In this document: positions 1-9,101 of the stretch, piece by piece
Layout of the letters: each line of letters opens with the position of its first letter
How positions within the stretch are numbered: position 1 is the stretch's first letter
Origin: Candidatus Hodarchaeaceae archaeon
GTDB taxonomy: Archaea > Hadarchaeota > Hadarchaeia > Hadarchaeales > Hadarchaeaceae
Length of the DNA stretch: 23,610 nucleotides
Assembly: GCA_030018135.1 (NCBI GenBank)
Contig: JASEGJ010000018.1
Span: 1 to 23,610, forward strand
Direction: 5' to 3'
The notes under the pieces: model-generated
What the model saw: only the letters and a program-made list of their open reading frames with translations
Told to the model about the DNA's origin: nothing
Databases searched by the model: none
Program-made: the position numbers and the translations under genes

Positions 1-219
1 GGCGGAGGTCGAAACTACATCGAGCGGTTGTTCGAAACCATCAAGGACAGGCTGATAGCTTTTGACTGCTTCTTCCCGACGGAGGGGATAGAAAGTGTAC
101 AAAATTTCTGCAATGCATTTGGATTTTTCTACAACCACTGTAGGCGGCATCAATCGATGAAGGGGCCGCCGTCCGGCGGGGCAGGTGGGCTAGAAGCTTG
201 GGTGGAGGTCTTTATTTGA
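1..219 (+). CDS. DDE transposase, IS6-like, 5'-partial
   Basis: RNYIERLFETIKDR carries the third catalytic Glu region; the ORF-track start at 28 is internal. Confidence 0.8.
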   Translation, partial: GGGRNYIERLFETIKDRLIAFDCFFPTEGIESVQNFCNAFGFFYNHCRRHQSMKGPPSGGAGGLEAWVEVFI

Positions 220-227
220 ACGGCACC
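1..227 (+). mobile_element. Right end of an IS6-family-like insertion sequence (transposase C-terminus plus terminal inverted repeat), cut by the window edge
   Basis: Frame is open from base 1: GGGRNYIERLFETIKDR...FFYNHCRRHQSM, stop at 217-219. This fits the DDE N-x-x-E-R and YN-x-x-R-x-H signatures. Bases 215-227 read GGTGCCGTTCAAA on the minus strand, similar to IS6-type ends such as IS26 GGCACTGTTGCAAA. Confidence 0.8.
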
Positions 228-1564
228 GTTCTTTGACCCAATATGTTGGGCGAATGAAGAATTCTTTATAAGCCCTTTTCATCCATTCCTCCAACTCCTC
301 CCTCGAGTGCGCATCGCATATGTCGGATATGATTATGTATCTGGCCCAATCATTTGACCCGATCGCGCCGCTGGACTCAAATCTCCGCCAGAGTTCGGTG
401 CCCGGCAAAACTTTGAGTAAGCTCATCTCCGCTATATCCAACTCAGCTTGAGTAGTAAAATCTAGTGTTTTTTGATAGTCCTCCTCCGTTTCGATCGGTG
501 CCCCCACTATGAATGAGCCAATCACATCCAGGCTCGCCCTTTGGGCCATCTCCACGGCTTGCATTCCCTTTTCAACAGTACAGTAGTTTTCTTCTCGTAA
601 TAATCCAAAATTCGTTGGCTTCCACTTTCGAGGCCGAAATAGTCAATCTACAGCCAGCGCCGACCATGCTTTTATGCATTTCTTTAGATGCGGTGTCGAC
701 CCTCCCGTGCAGATCCAATCGATATCTATGTTGCGCTCCTTGATCAGCCCACATATTTCCATGACGCGCTTGGGGAACATCGTGAAGTTGTCGTCCACCA
801 TAAATATCTGCTCGACACCGCGATCGTTTACTAGATTTTCTATTTCATCCACCACATTTTCTGGAGATCTAGCCCTCACCCTCTGCCCGAGAACGCCGTG
901 CATGAACAGAATGTGCAGCCAAAGGGACAGCCACGGGACGATACCACTCCGGAAAAAATTCTTGTTTGATATTTGATACCCGGCCTCGTGACGAAGGCTT
1001 CCATAGCGGATATTTGTTATAAGGTGTCTAGCCGGGAATGGGATATCGTTCAAATTTTGAGCTGGTTCCCTAATCCCCGTGAAAATCGCTTTGCCATCGC
1101 TCCTGCACATTACTCCCTTAACCCCACCAACAGACCGCCCATTTTCGATCGAGTGTACCAATTCCAGGAAGGTATATTCGCCCTCCCCGACGACGACGTA
1201 ATCAACGTCCGGGGGAGGTCTCGATGATCTTATCTGCCACAAATGAAGCGTGATGTCCTCCAACCACAATTTTAGCTTCCGGAATGGCTTGCCTCGCAGT
1301 TTTCACGGTTTCGATCGAATCCGGGCATAGCTCCGTCATCATGCATGCAATTCCAATAACTTTGGGATTGAACTCTGAGATTCTGCGCCCCAGCTCTTCT
1401 TGCGTAATCCCCTCCGCCGCCCCATCCAATACCGTCACCTCAATGCCGCGCCGTTCCAGCACCGCGGCTATATAAAGCAATCCGAGGGGTTCGGACAAGC
1501 CAGCAGCATTTATACCCTTTAGTTGAGTTCCGATTGGCGGATTGATTAATAACACCTTAACCAA
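228..1564 (-). pseudogene. B12-binding radical SAM protein (class B methyltransferase-like), multiply frameshifted and interrupted near its C-terminus by the IS
   Basis: Pieces in successive frames: KVLLINPP, PLGLLYIAA, VVGGHHAS, VDYVVVGEGE, PFPARHL, SRGCPFGCTFC (CxxxCxxC at 906-929, outside the listed ORFs), RSPENVVDEI, DDNF, YFGLESGSQRIL, GSFIVGAPIET, PGTELW. GGAGGTG precedes the TTG at 1564. Confidence 0.9.
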
Positions 1565-1743
1565 GCTGTCTCCACCTCCCAGATGCCTCCAGAACTCTCA
1601 TTCAACGAGTAGGAGAGGACGATAAAAATCTGCTGTCGAGCGTCATATTGATAGATTTGCGGGTTTCAGAGAGGATAGACAACCGCACGATAGGATATAA
1701 CCCTCCACCACCACCTAAGAATGGAACCAAAATCGGTGAGAAG

Positions 1744-2226
1744 TTGACTTGGCTGCCACAGACAATAGCATCTGCGATTTGGTTCATCTTGCCAGCATAT
1801 TTCGCAAACGCCGCCTCGGCCGTGCTTGGCGGTGGGCCGCCCTTAGACATGGGCAGAAAATTTCTGGACGGCTACAGGATCCTCGGCGAGGGGAAGACAG
1901 CGCGAGGATTTTTCGGCGGTCTGGTAGTGGGCACGATCGTGGGCATGCTGCAGGGTCGTCCCCCAGTCGGTTTTCTGCTAGCATTGGGCGCAATGCTCGG
2001 CGATTTGGCGGGCAGCTTCATCAAGCGCAGGTTGAACATAGCTCGAGGGGAGGCTGCCCCCGGGTTGGATCAATTGAGCTTCGTCGTCGTCGCCCTGTCG
2101 CTCGCCAGTCCCGTTGAGGCGGTGGCCTGGCAGACGGTTGCCGCGATACTCATTCTCACCCCACCGATCCACCTCGCCACGAACTTCATCGGCTACAAGC
2201 TGGGCCTTAAGGGCAGGCCCTACTGA
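1744..2226 (+). CDS. carS: CDP-archaeol synthase (CDP-2,3-bis-O-geranylgeranyl-sn-glycerol synthase)
   Basis: PAYFANA, PLDMG...DGYRILGEGKT, GAMLGDLAGSFIKRR, PGLDQL, H-x-x-x-N-x-x-GYKLGLK-x-x-PY. GGTGA precedes the TTG at 1744 (ORF track starts at 1648). Confidence 0.93.
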   Translation: MTWLPQTIASAIWFILPAYFANAASAVLGGGPPLDMGRKFLDGYRILGEGKTARGFFGGLVVGTIVGMLQGRPPVGFLLALGAMLGDLAGSFIKRRLNIARGEAAPGLDQLSFVVVALSLASPVEAVAWQTVAAILILTPPIHLATNFIGYKLGLKGRPY

Positions 2227-2678
2227 CCTCGCCTAACCTCCATCTCCTCCCACGGGAAGACGATCCACTTGTCAGTTTCGAATACATAAAAGTCGGGTTT
2301 TATGCGAGAGTGAGGCTTCCAAGCAACCGTGGCGACGCGCACCTCCTTCGCCCCTCTTTCTTTGAGGTGCCGAACCACAAACTCCAAGGTCGTCCCGGTG
2401 TCCGCGACATCGTCGACCACCAGCACTTTGCCCTCCAGCTTACCAACGTCGGCCAAGAGCTCCGGCTCTTCCCTACGCAAGTTTACGCCCTTGTAGTACT
2501 TCACGTGAATGATGCGCAGCATCTTGTCCCCGAGCAAATGTGACAGTCGCACAGCGGGGATCAAACCGCCACGCGCGACTCCGACGATCACGTCCGGATC
2601 ATAGCCCCGTCTTAAGGCGTTAGCTAGCGCGGCGACGGCCTTCTCGACTTCATGCCAGCCCATTGGCACTGGCTCCAC
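2220..2678 (-). CDS. Type I phosphoribosyltransferase (purine PRTase-like)
   Basis: IVGVARGGLIPA, PRPP-binding VLVVDDVADTGTT, WIVFPWE. GTG at 2678 follows GGGTG; the ORF-track extension to 2963 looks spurious. Confidence 0.9.
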   Translation of the reverse strand: MEPVPMGWHEVEKAVAALANALRRGYDPDVIVGVARGGLIPAVRLSHLLGDKMLRIIHVKYYKGVNLRREEPELLADVGKLEGKVLVVDDVADTGTTLEFVVRHLKERGAKEVRVATVAWKPHSRIKPDFYVFETDKWIVFPWEEMEVRRGQ

Positions 2679-2739
2679 ACGAACACCCGGGGAGAATAAA
2701 TTCAAAAGGGGAGCAAATAAAGGTTGCTGTGGAGATGCG

Positions 2740-2910
2740 ATGGGCGAGATAGCTAGTACCTGTGCGATCTGCGGGCGGACGACGGTGGACATACGTACGT
2801 GTAGGGTCTGCGGGGTGACTGTATGCTCTCGCTGTTTTCTGCCGGATATCGGCGTTTGCGCGAAGTGCATGAGACGCGGGCTTTGGGTCAGCGATCGCGG
2901 GCCGGGGTGA
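2740..2910 (+). CDS. Small 56-aa zinc-finger protein with four CxxC motifs (not in ORF track)
   Basis: MGEIASTCAICGRTTVDIRTCRVCGVTVCSRCFLPDIGVCAKCMRRGLWVSDRGPG; GGAG at 2731-2734. Confidence 0.8.
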   Translation: MGEIASTCAICGRTTVDIRTCRVCGVTVCSRCFLPDIGVCAKCMRRGLWVSDRGPG

Positions 2911-2980
2911 GCCTTATCGACTCGCAATCGAGACTTTACATCACATGCGCGGCAAGATAGCAATTGGGCAACGGCTTTTG

Positions 2981-2997
2981 TGATACATGTGTATCAA
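2981..2997. promoter_or_regulatory. Palindromic operator-like site, copy 1
   Basis: TGATACATGTGTATCAA, just upstream of a TTTTAAGA box (3007-3014) preceding the toprim gene; 16/17 identical to 14881-14897. Confidence 0.55.
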
Positions 2998-3029
2998 AGA
3001 CGAGTGTTTTAAGAAAGGCAGGATATTTC

Positions 3030-3446
3030 ATGAATATGGAGGAAACGCTTGAGCGGATTGGGGAGCTGCTCGATGAACTCAGGGAGTGCTCCGCCAAAGG
3101 TATCCCAATCGTGGTCGAGGGAGTCCGCGATGAAGAGGCCTTGCGCGAGCTCGATGTTAAGGGCCCCATATTTCAGATCTCAAGCAGCAAGAGGACCGCA
3201 CTAAATTTTTTAGAATGCTTGGCGCGTCACAGGCAAGTGATAGTTCTAACAGATTTTGATAGAACTGGCGAGGAGCTCGCGAAATTTTGCCTTAAACACC
3301 TCCAAAGGCTGGGCCCGAAGCCGATAGTCGACCTGCGCGAGGAACTCAGGGCACTTCTGCACAAGGACATAAAAGAAATTCAAGGGCTTGCAAAGTTTCT
3401 GCGCGTTCAAACAACGCGCGAAGCGGGGCGCAAGAGATCCCGATAA
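3030..3446 (+). CDS. Stand-alone TOPRIM domain protein (UPF0292/RNase M5-like)
   Basis: IVVEGVRDEEALRELD and VIVLTDFDRTGEEL (E plus DxD). Start taken at ATG 3030 or 3036. Confidence 0.88.
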   Translation: MNMEETLERIGELLDELRECSAKGIPIVVEGVRDEEALRELDVKGPIFQISSSKRTALNFLECLARHRQVIVLTDFDRTGEELAKFCLKHLQRLGPKPIVDLREELRALLHKDIKEIQGLAKFLRVQTTREAGRKRSR

Positions 3447-3449
3447 AAG

Positions 3450-4085
3450 TCATAAATAATTCAAGAGCAGGGGGAACTGTTTGAAATCTCTAATCACGAC
3501 ATCCGCAACCTCAGCTAAAGCCGCATTTCCGCCTATCGCGACGCCGAGACCAGCGTGCTTCAGGAAATTTATGTCATACTTACTATCGCCGACTGCGACG
3601 CATTCGTCGAGCGTAAAGCCGAGCTCGTCAACCAGCCCTAATAGCGCTTCATGCTTCGTGTACGGTTCAACCCGAAAGATACCCTCGCCCGTGAGGTAGC
3701 CACGTTCGTCGACTTCCAGCCCGTTCGCGAGGACATGGTCGATATTCAGCTTGCGTGCCACAATATTGGCTAGGATATCGAGCCCGCCGGTTATAATCGC
3801 AACTTGATAACCCCTCCTGCGAATTTCCGCAACGATGTCGGTCGTGTTCGGGGCCAATTTGAAATTAGCAAGCACTCGCTCGATCTGCGAAATATGTGGT
3901 ACGGGCTGCCAAAGCCTTATGTCGCGTCGCATGAACTCTGGATAATCGATCTCGCCCCGCTCATATATCTCAAGATTCCTCAGTGCAGCCCCTTGGGTTC
4001 CGAAGTGGCGGTGGAGGATGCCCCAGCAGCTATCCTCTTCGACCAGCGTGCCGTCCATGTCGAATGCGACTAGTTTGTACTCCAT
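3450..4085 (-). CDS. HAD-IB phosphatase, phosphoserine phosphatase-like
   Basis: LVAFDMDGTL, ITGG, K, AVGDSKYD. ATG at 4085. Substrate not determinable. Confidence 0.88.
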   Translation of the reverse strand: MEYKLVAFDMDGTLVEEDSCWGILHRHFGTQGAALRNLEIYERGEIDYPEFMRRDIRLWQPVPHISQIERVLANFKLAPNTTDIVAEIRRRGYQVAIITGGLDILANIVARKLNIDHVLANGLEVDERGYLTGEGIFRVEPYTKHEALLGLVDELGFTLDECVAVGDSKYDINFLKHAGLGVAIGGNAALAEVADVVIRDFKQFPLLLNYL

Positions 4086-4155
4086 AAGTTTACCATAGTT
4101 TAATGGGTATCGCAGCAAATATTAGTTTCCCCCAAAATAGACCTGGAGGCACCGG

Positions 4156-4605
4156 TTGACAGACCTACCCTTAATAATCCTGCTCCCACTCGTGCCCACG
4201 TTCGAGTCGCGCTATACCATTCCGTTGGCCATCTCGCTTACCGATATTCACCCCGCTTTTGCGTTCGGAGCATGCGTTGCCCTCAACATACTAGTGGTCC
4301 CCCTCGTCTTCCTCGGTTTGGATATGTTTGCGCCCCCGCTCATCAAGAGGTACAAATGGGTCAATTCCCTCTTTACTTGGTTTCTTAGGCGAGGCTATAA
4401 CCGAAAATGGGGGTCCTTTGGGCTTGCCATATTCGTCGCCATCCCACTGCCCATCACTGGCGCGTATACTGGCTCGCTTATAGCCTATTTGCTAGGCATG
4501 GACAGAAAACGCGCAATTATCGCCATCGCGGCAGGGGTTATCTCAATAGGCGCGATTGCGACGTTAGCGACGCTTGGCATAATTTCACTTGCTGGGCTAC
4601 TTTGA
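4156..4605 (+). CDS. Membrane protein, small multi-drug export family (COG2426-like)
   Basis: P-x-x-E-x-R-x-x-IP and FVAIPLPITGAYTG motifs, several hydrophobic helices, GGAGG RBS. Confidence 0.85.
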   Translation: MTDLPLIILLPLVPTFESRYTIPLAISLTDIHPAFAFGACVALNILVVPLVFLGLDMFAPPLIKRYKWVNSLFTWFLRRGYNRKWGSFGLAIFVAIPLPITGAYTGSLIAYLLGMDRKRAIIAIAAGVISIGAIATLATLGIISLAGLL

Positions 4606-4770
4606 CCGCATGCCTTTTTAACCCGAAATATTAATAAAATATTGAATCACAAATCAAAGCCAGAATCACAAATCAAGTTCATCTGGCTTTTAAGGGCGTG
4701 TTGCCCGATGGAAGAAAAACCGCTGAAGGAGTTAATTGCCGAGAAAATCGGCCAAAGGGAGGCTTCGATT

Positions 4771-5973
4771 ATGAAAGAGGATATTGGTACGACCAAGTAC
4801 CTTATTCACGCCAAAATAGAAGCGAACGGTGTGGTCGAGCGCCCGGATGTCGTGGGCGCGATATTCGGTCAGACCGAGGGGCTGTTGGGCGACGAGCTGG
4901 ACTTGCGCGAGCTACAGAAGACCTCTAGGATAGGCCGCATTAAAGTCGACATATCCTCAAGCCACGGTAAGTCGACGGGGACGATAGTCATACCCTCAAG
5001 CTTGGATAGGGTTGAGACATCCATCATAGCCGCAGCACTCGAGACGATCGACCGGGTCGGGCCGTGCGAAGCCACGATAAAGGCCGAGAGGATCGAGGAC
5101 GTCAGAGATGCAAAGCGCAAGTTCATAATCGACCGGGCTAAGGAGCTCTTGGGACAAATAGAGGAAATAACGCCCGAAACCCAAGAGATCTCGGAGCAGG
5201 TGAAGGAGTTCGTGCGCCTCGAGGAAATAGTGACGTACGAGGGCCTGCCGGCGGGCCCCGGGGTGCAGGAGTCGGACGCCATCATTATCGTCGAGGGGCG
5301 CGCGGATGTGCTAAACCTATTGCGGTGTGGCATCAGAAACGCGATCGCAATTGAGGGTACGAGCGTGCCTCAGGCAGTAATCGAGTTGAGCCGAAATAAA
5401 ACCACGACGGCATTTCTAGACGGCGATCGCGGCGGGGATTTAATCCTTAAGGAACTCCTCCAAGTAGCCGACATAGATTTTGTCGCGAGGGCACCACCCG
5501 GCGAGGGAGTCGAGGAGCTGACGAAGAAGGAGATAGTCAAGGCTTTGCGGAACAAAATACCCGTCGACCAAGCGCTGGCCGAGCTTAAGGGCAGGCCGGA
5601 GGCGCTGGAGGTCGCGCCCGCCGCCCCGGAATCGCGGGTAGAACACGATTTCAGCAAGCTCGCGAGCATCGTGGGCAGGTTGCGTGGCACGCTCAGGGCT
5701 TGCCTGCTCGATGAGAAACTTGAGAAAATGGACGAGGTACAGGTTAGAGACCTGAAGGAGAGACTCCCCCAAATGTCCAGCGTAGGTGCCGTGGTCTTTG
5801 ACGGCGTCGTAACTCAGGAGCTCGCGGACATCGCCGCGGAGAGAGGCCTCAAATATTTGGTCGGCATGCGCGCGCGCGTCGATAGGATGCCCGCAAATGT
5901 GCGTATCCTGACAATAGATGAGTTACACCGGCAATCTCGGGTCAGATCTCACAATAAGCCATATGGGCGCTAG
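4771..5973 (+). CDS. dnaG: Archaeal DnaG-like TOPRIM protein (exosome-associated in studied archaea)
   Basis: [60 protein letters not shown] precedes ATG 4771. Confidence 0.95.
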   Translation: MKEDIGTTKYLIHAKIEANGVVERPDVVGAIFGQTEGLLGDELDLRELQKTSRIGRIKVDISSSHGKSTGTIVIPSSLDRVETSIIAAALETIDRVGPCEATIKAERIEDVRDAKRKFIIDRAKELLGQIEEITPETQEISEQVKEFVRLEEIVTYEGLPAGPGVQESDAIIIVEGRADVLNLLRCGIRNAIAIEGTSVPQAVIELSRNKTTTAFLDGDRGGDLILKELLQVADIDFVARAPPGEGVEELTKKEIVKALRNKIPVDQALAELKGRPEALEVAPAAPESRVEHDFSKLASIVGRLRGTLRACLLDEKLEKMDEVQVRDLKERLPQMSSVGAVVFDGVVTQELADIAAERGLKYLVGMRARVDRMPANVRILTIDELHRQSRVRSHNKPYGR

Positions 5974-6437
5974 TGATACCCATATGTCATAACCACAGCC
6001 GCTTCGCCGTCCTCATAGTAATAGGGAATTTCTTCGCGCTCATTGAATCCCAACCCCAAGTAAAATTGTCGCGCGGCGAAGTTGCTCTTTCTCACCTCAA
6101 GCCTTACGCCCTTTGCGCCCTTCGCTTTAAGGCGATCGAGCATGTTAACGATGAGCGCGGATCCTATGCCCCGGCGCCTGTAGGGCGGGTCAACGGCTAT
6201 GGCCAAGATGTGGCCGCTCGCACCCCACCTGATGACTCCGATGATATATCCCACGACTTCGCCGTCGAGTTCGGCCACTAAAAATCCGTCTGGGTGCATC
6301 TCCCGCAGGCGGTTGAGCAAGCTCAGAGGATATGGGTCGGGGAAGCAACGATATTCGATGTCCAAAATCGCTTGCATGTCCCCCTCACGTTTTAAATCCC
6401 TGATCTTGATGAGTTGCTGCGTCATGGTCGCGCCCAC
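5970..6437 (-). CDS. rimI: RimI/Ard1-type GNAT N-acetyltransferase
   Basis: [30 protein letters not shown]-x-x-[11 protein letters not shown]. Start is GTG 6437 or ATG 6425. Confidence 0.88.
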   Translation of the reverse strand: MGATMTQQLIKIRDLKREGDMQAILDIEYRCFPDPYPLSLLNRLREMHPDGFLVAELDGEVVGYIIGVIRWGASGHILAIAVDPPYRRRGIGSALIVNMLDRLKAKGAKGVRLEVRKSNFAARQFYLGLGFNEREEIPYYYEDGEAAVVMTYGYH

Positions 6438-6487
6438 CGCTCATAAATTTAAACGTTCGAAAATAAAGTGGCTTCGGTTGAGCTAGC

Positions 6488-6877
6488 ATGACATCCGCAA
6501 AGCGACAGGGGACCAACTTCGAGTATCGCGTGGCCTACATCTTTGAGCGCTTCGGCTACACTTGGGATCGCTCGGGGAGTTCGCTGGGCATCGACCTCAA
6601 GATCTCGAGGGATGGCAATCCGCGTTATTTGGTCAACTGCAAGAAGACCTCATCGATCGGGCCAATTTACTTGCCGCGTCTCGAGGTCGAGCGCCTCATC
6701 GCGTCTGCCTCTCGTGCCGGGGTGAGGGGCATCATATGTTTTGGGTTCAAACGTACTCCTGTACTCGCGGTTACCCTCGAACAAATCCGCCACTTAAGGG
6801 CTACAAGACTTAGCTACAAGCTTTACCCCACCGATGGACACCGGCTGGACGAGCTCTTGAGTGAGGCCGAGGCATGA
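6488..6877 (+). CDS. Hjc-like PD-(D/E)xK nuclease (Holliday junction resolvase-like, variant motif)
   Basis: G-x-x-FE, R-S-x-S-S-x-x-x-D, LVNCKK, IYL. Stop overlaps the pelota start (ATGA). Confidence 0.7.
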   Translation: MTSAKRQGTNFEYRVAYIFERFGYTWDRSGSSLGIDLKISRDGNPRYLVNCKKTSSIGPIYLPRLEVERLIASASRAGVRGIICFGFKRTPVLAVTLEQIRHLRATRLSYKLYPTDGHRLDELLSEAEA

Positions 6878-7926
6878 GGATCATCTACAGGGACTTGAAA
6901 CACGGACAGATCAAGCTTGCAGTTGAAACGCTCGATGATCTCTGGCATTTGCAACGCCTCGTTGAGCCCGGCGATTTAGCCACCATGCCGACCTGGCGGC
7001 GGGAACGAGCCGAAATGGACAAGCTGAGACCGGAGCGGCTGGAGAAAAAGCCCCTGAAGCTATCGATAAAAGTTGAGGGCATTGAGTTTCACAGGTTCGC
7101 GAACAGGTTGCGCCTGCTCGGCACGATCGAGGTCGGCCCGGACAAGGGCAAGCACCACACATTCAGCCTCGAGCCGGGGGCAACGCTTACCCTGACCAAG
7201 CGATGGCGCCCAGACCACTTGGAGCGATTGCAAGAGGCGGTGAAAGCGAGCAGGCGGCCCCGCGTCTTGCTCGTTGCGCTTGACGATGCATCGGCTGAGC
7301 TCGGGATTGTTCGACAGTATGGTTTAGAGCAGCTGAGCACGATTACGCGCCCAACGGCAGGCAAGCATTACGTGGTCGAGCGCGAAGCGGATGAGTTAAA
7401 ATTTTTTCACAGGCTTGCCGCGGCGATGAGCGATGTCATGACACGCGAGGGTATTCGAGTTGCTATCGTCGCTGGGCCCGGCTTCACAAAGGACAACTTC
7501 TCCGCCTTTCTGCGAGAAGCCTATCCAGATCTCGCCGCCAAGATTAGGCGTGACGATGTCAGCTCCGGCGGCAGGACGGGGCTCTACGAGATCATCCGCC
7601 GCGGTTTGGTCGAGCGAGTTTCCGCAGAGGACCGCGTTTCATTTGAAACTATGTTGGTCGAGCGGCTAATGGGCGAGATAGCGAAGGAGGGATTGGCGGC
7701 CTATGGCAAGTCGGAGGTCGAGCGAGCGGCGTCTCTCGGTGCGGTTGAAAAGTTGCTGGTCGTAGACGAGATGTTACGCGAGCACGACGCAATTGAAGGG
7801 CTGCTCGAACAGGTACGGGAAACGCGGGGCAAGGTTATTGTGGTGAGCACAGAGCACGACGCGGGCAGACAGCTTAAAGGACTCGGTGGCATCGCCGCCC
7901 TACTCCGATTTAAGCTCAGGGGCTAG
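6874..7926 (+). CDS. pelA: mRNA surveillance protein pelota
   Basis: ETLDDLWHL, EFHRFANRLR, HHT, AGPGFTK, AYG, S-x-EHDAG-x-QL-x-GLGGIAALLRF. Confidence 0.96.
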   Translation: MRIIYRDLKHGQIKLAVETLDDLWHLQRLVEPGDLATMPTWRRERAEMDKLRPERLEKKPLKLSIKVEGIEFHRFANRLRLLGTIEVGPDKGKHHTFSLEPGATLTLTKRWRPDHLERLQEAVKASRRPRVLLVALDDASAELGIVRQYGLEQLSTITRPTAGKHYVVEREADELKFFHRLAAAMSDVMTREGIRVAIVAGPGFTKDNFSAFLREAYPDLAAKIRRDDVSSGGRTGLYEIIRRGLVERVSAEDRVSFETMLVERLMGEIAKEGLAAYGKSEVERAASLGAVEKLLVVDEMLREHDAIEGLLEQVRETRGKVIVVSTEHDAGRQLKGLGGIAALLRFKLRG

Positions 7927-8011
7927 ACCCCGTCCGGCATGACTGGCCATTTGGTTGACCTATGATTATTTATGTGGGGCCCCCCCCAACTATCACCGGA
8001 GAGGTGAGGGC

Positions 8012-8209
8012 ATGGAATCAACACTTTTATCTAATCTGCCCGAGATCGTTGGGAAGTTGTCCACTTACCTTCGCGATGCATCGCCGGCGGTCCTCATCGT
8101 CATCGGGGGCCTCCTATTTGTGTTTGCTGGCATGGCGAAATGGATAGTTAGGCTAGTTGGCGCGGGGCTGTTTATCTACGGGTTGCTGGCCGTTCTGCAT
8201 GTGATCTGA
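8012..8209 (+). CDS. Small two-helix membrane protein, 65 aa
   Basis: GAGGTGA RBS before ATG 8012; two hydrophobic segments. Confidence 0.7.
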   Translation: MESTLLSNLPEIVGKLSTYLRDASPAVLIVIGGLLFVFAGMAKWIVRLVGAGLFIYGLLAVLHVI

Positions 8210-8306
8210 AGCTCAAATACATCGGCGGGCCGTTGACACCCGCAAAAAGCCGATTTTTGCCAAGTTATAATTTATGGCGTCTTAAAGTTACTTGTCCGTG
8301 GTTGCC

Positions 8307-9101
8307 ATGCTTGCAGCTCCAATTTATGGCGTACCTGCCCTAAGGATAAACATTGAACGGGAGCGCGTGTTAGTTGCGGCAGACTTACACTTAGGTATAG
8401 AAGGGGAGCTGGTTGCTCGCGGTGTTTCACTGCCCAGCCAAATACCCAAAGCCAAGGCAAGACTGATCGAGCTGATCAAACAGCATAAGCCGGATCGTCT
8501 GCTTTTTTTGGGGGACGTGAAACACAACGTGCCCATCGCGACTTGGCAGGAGTGGAGGGAGCTGCCGGATTTCTTCGCCAATCTGGCCAAACTCGCGCGC
8601 GTGGAGGTCATACCCGGTAACCACGATGGCGATATCGAGGGCATGGTATCGCCCGGGGTAATCATCCATGATTTTAAGGGCGTGGTATTGGGGAGGCGCA
8701 GGCGGATAGGTCTCATACACGGCCATGCGTGGCCCAATCCAAGCGTGCTGAATGTCGAGCTACTTGTGGCCGCCCATAATCACCCGGCCGTTGAGTTCAG
8801 GGACGAACTCGGGGCACGCACGATTGAGCACGTTTGGTTGAGGTGCAAGCTGGAGCCGAAGAAGTTCCCGAAGAAGCTTCGGGGTGCGATCGAGGGCGAC
8901 GGTCCTGAGTTATTGGTGATGCCTGCCTTCAGCGAGCTGGTGGGTGGTGCCGCGGTAAATAAATCCATACCCGAGGAGCTTCTCGGCCCCATGTTTAAGG
9001 CTGGTGCGGTAAAGCTCGATGAGGCAGAGGTCTACATGCTAGATGGAACTTTCTTGGGCACCATAGCCGCCCTGAGGAAGTTGAGGGGGGCCAAGCATTG
9101 A
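8307..9101 (+). CDS. Calcineurin-like metallophosphoesterase (Lhr-associated MPE type)
   Basis: ADLHLG, GDVKH, GNHD, HGH, AHNHP, MPAF. Stop overlaps the Lhr start. Confidence 0.92.
   Translation: MLAAPIYGVPALRINIERERVLVAADLHLGIEGELVARGVSLPSQIPKAKARLIELIKQHKPDRLLFLGDVKHNVPIATWQEWRELPDFFANLAKLARVEVIPGNHDGDIEGMVSPGVIIHDFKGVVLGRRRRIGLIHGHAWPNPSVLNVELLVAAHNHPAVEFRDELGARTIEHVWLRCKLEPKKFPKKLRGAIEGDGPELLVMPAFSELVGGAAVNKSIPEELLGPMFKAGAVKLDEAEVYMLDGTFLGTIAALRKLRGAKH

Noticed and set aside
228-1564. Programmed frameshifting or phase variation as the explanation for the split radical SAM gene
   Set aside because: Too many shifts in both directions, short runs, a 5-nt duplication and an IS insertion.
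1602-1850. 82-aa minus-strand ORF upstream of the radical SAM gene
   Set aside because: Overlaps carS antisense and has no recognisable motif.
2679-2963. 95-aa N-terminal extension of the PRTase in the ORF track
   Set aside because: It is antisense to the zinc-finger gene; the PRTase domain and RBS begin at 2678.
4642-4770. N-terminal extension of DnaG
   Set aside because: The conserved TTKY start and a GGAGG RBS point to ATG 4771; ATG 4708 cannot be fully excluded.
8221-8260. Short overlapping hairpins after the small membrane gene; a similar CCGGCG/CGCCGG stem at 14910-14929
   Set aside because: Stems of 5-7 bp; archaeal termination does not need hairpins, so a terminator call is unsupported.
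8269-8332. 12-bp direct repeat AATTTATGGCGT (8269 and 8321)
   Set aside because: Only two copies, one inside coding sequence; too short for CRISPR and no element between them.
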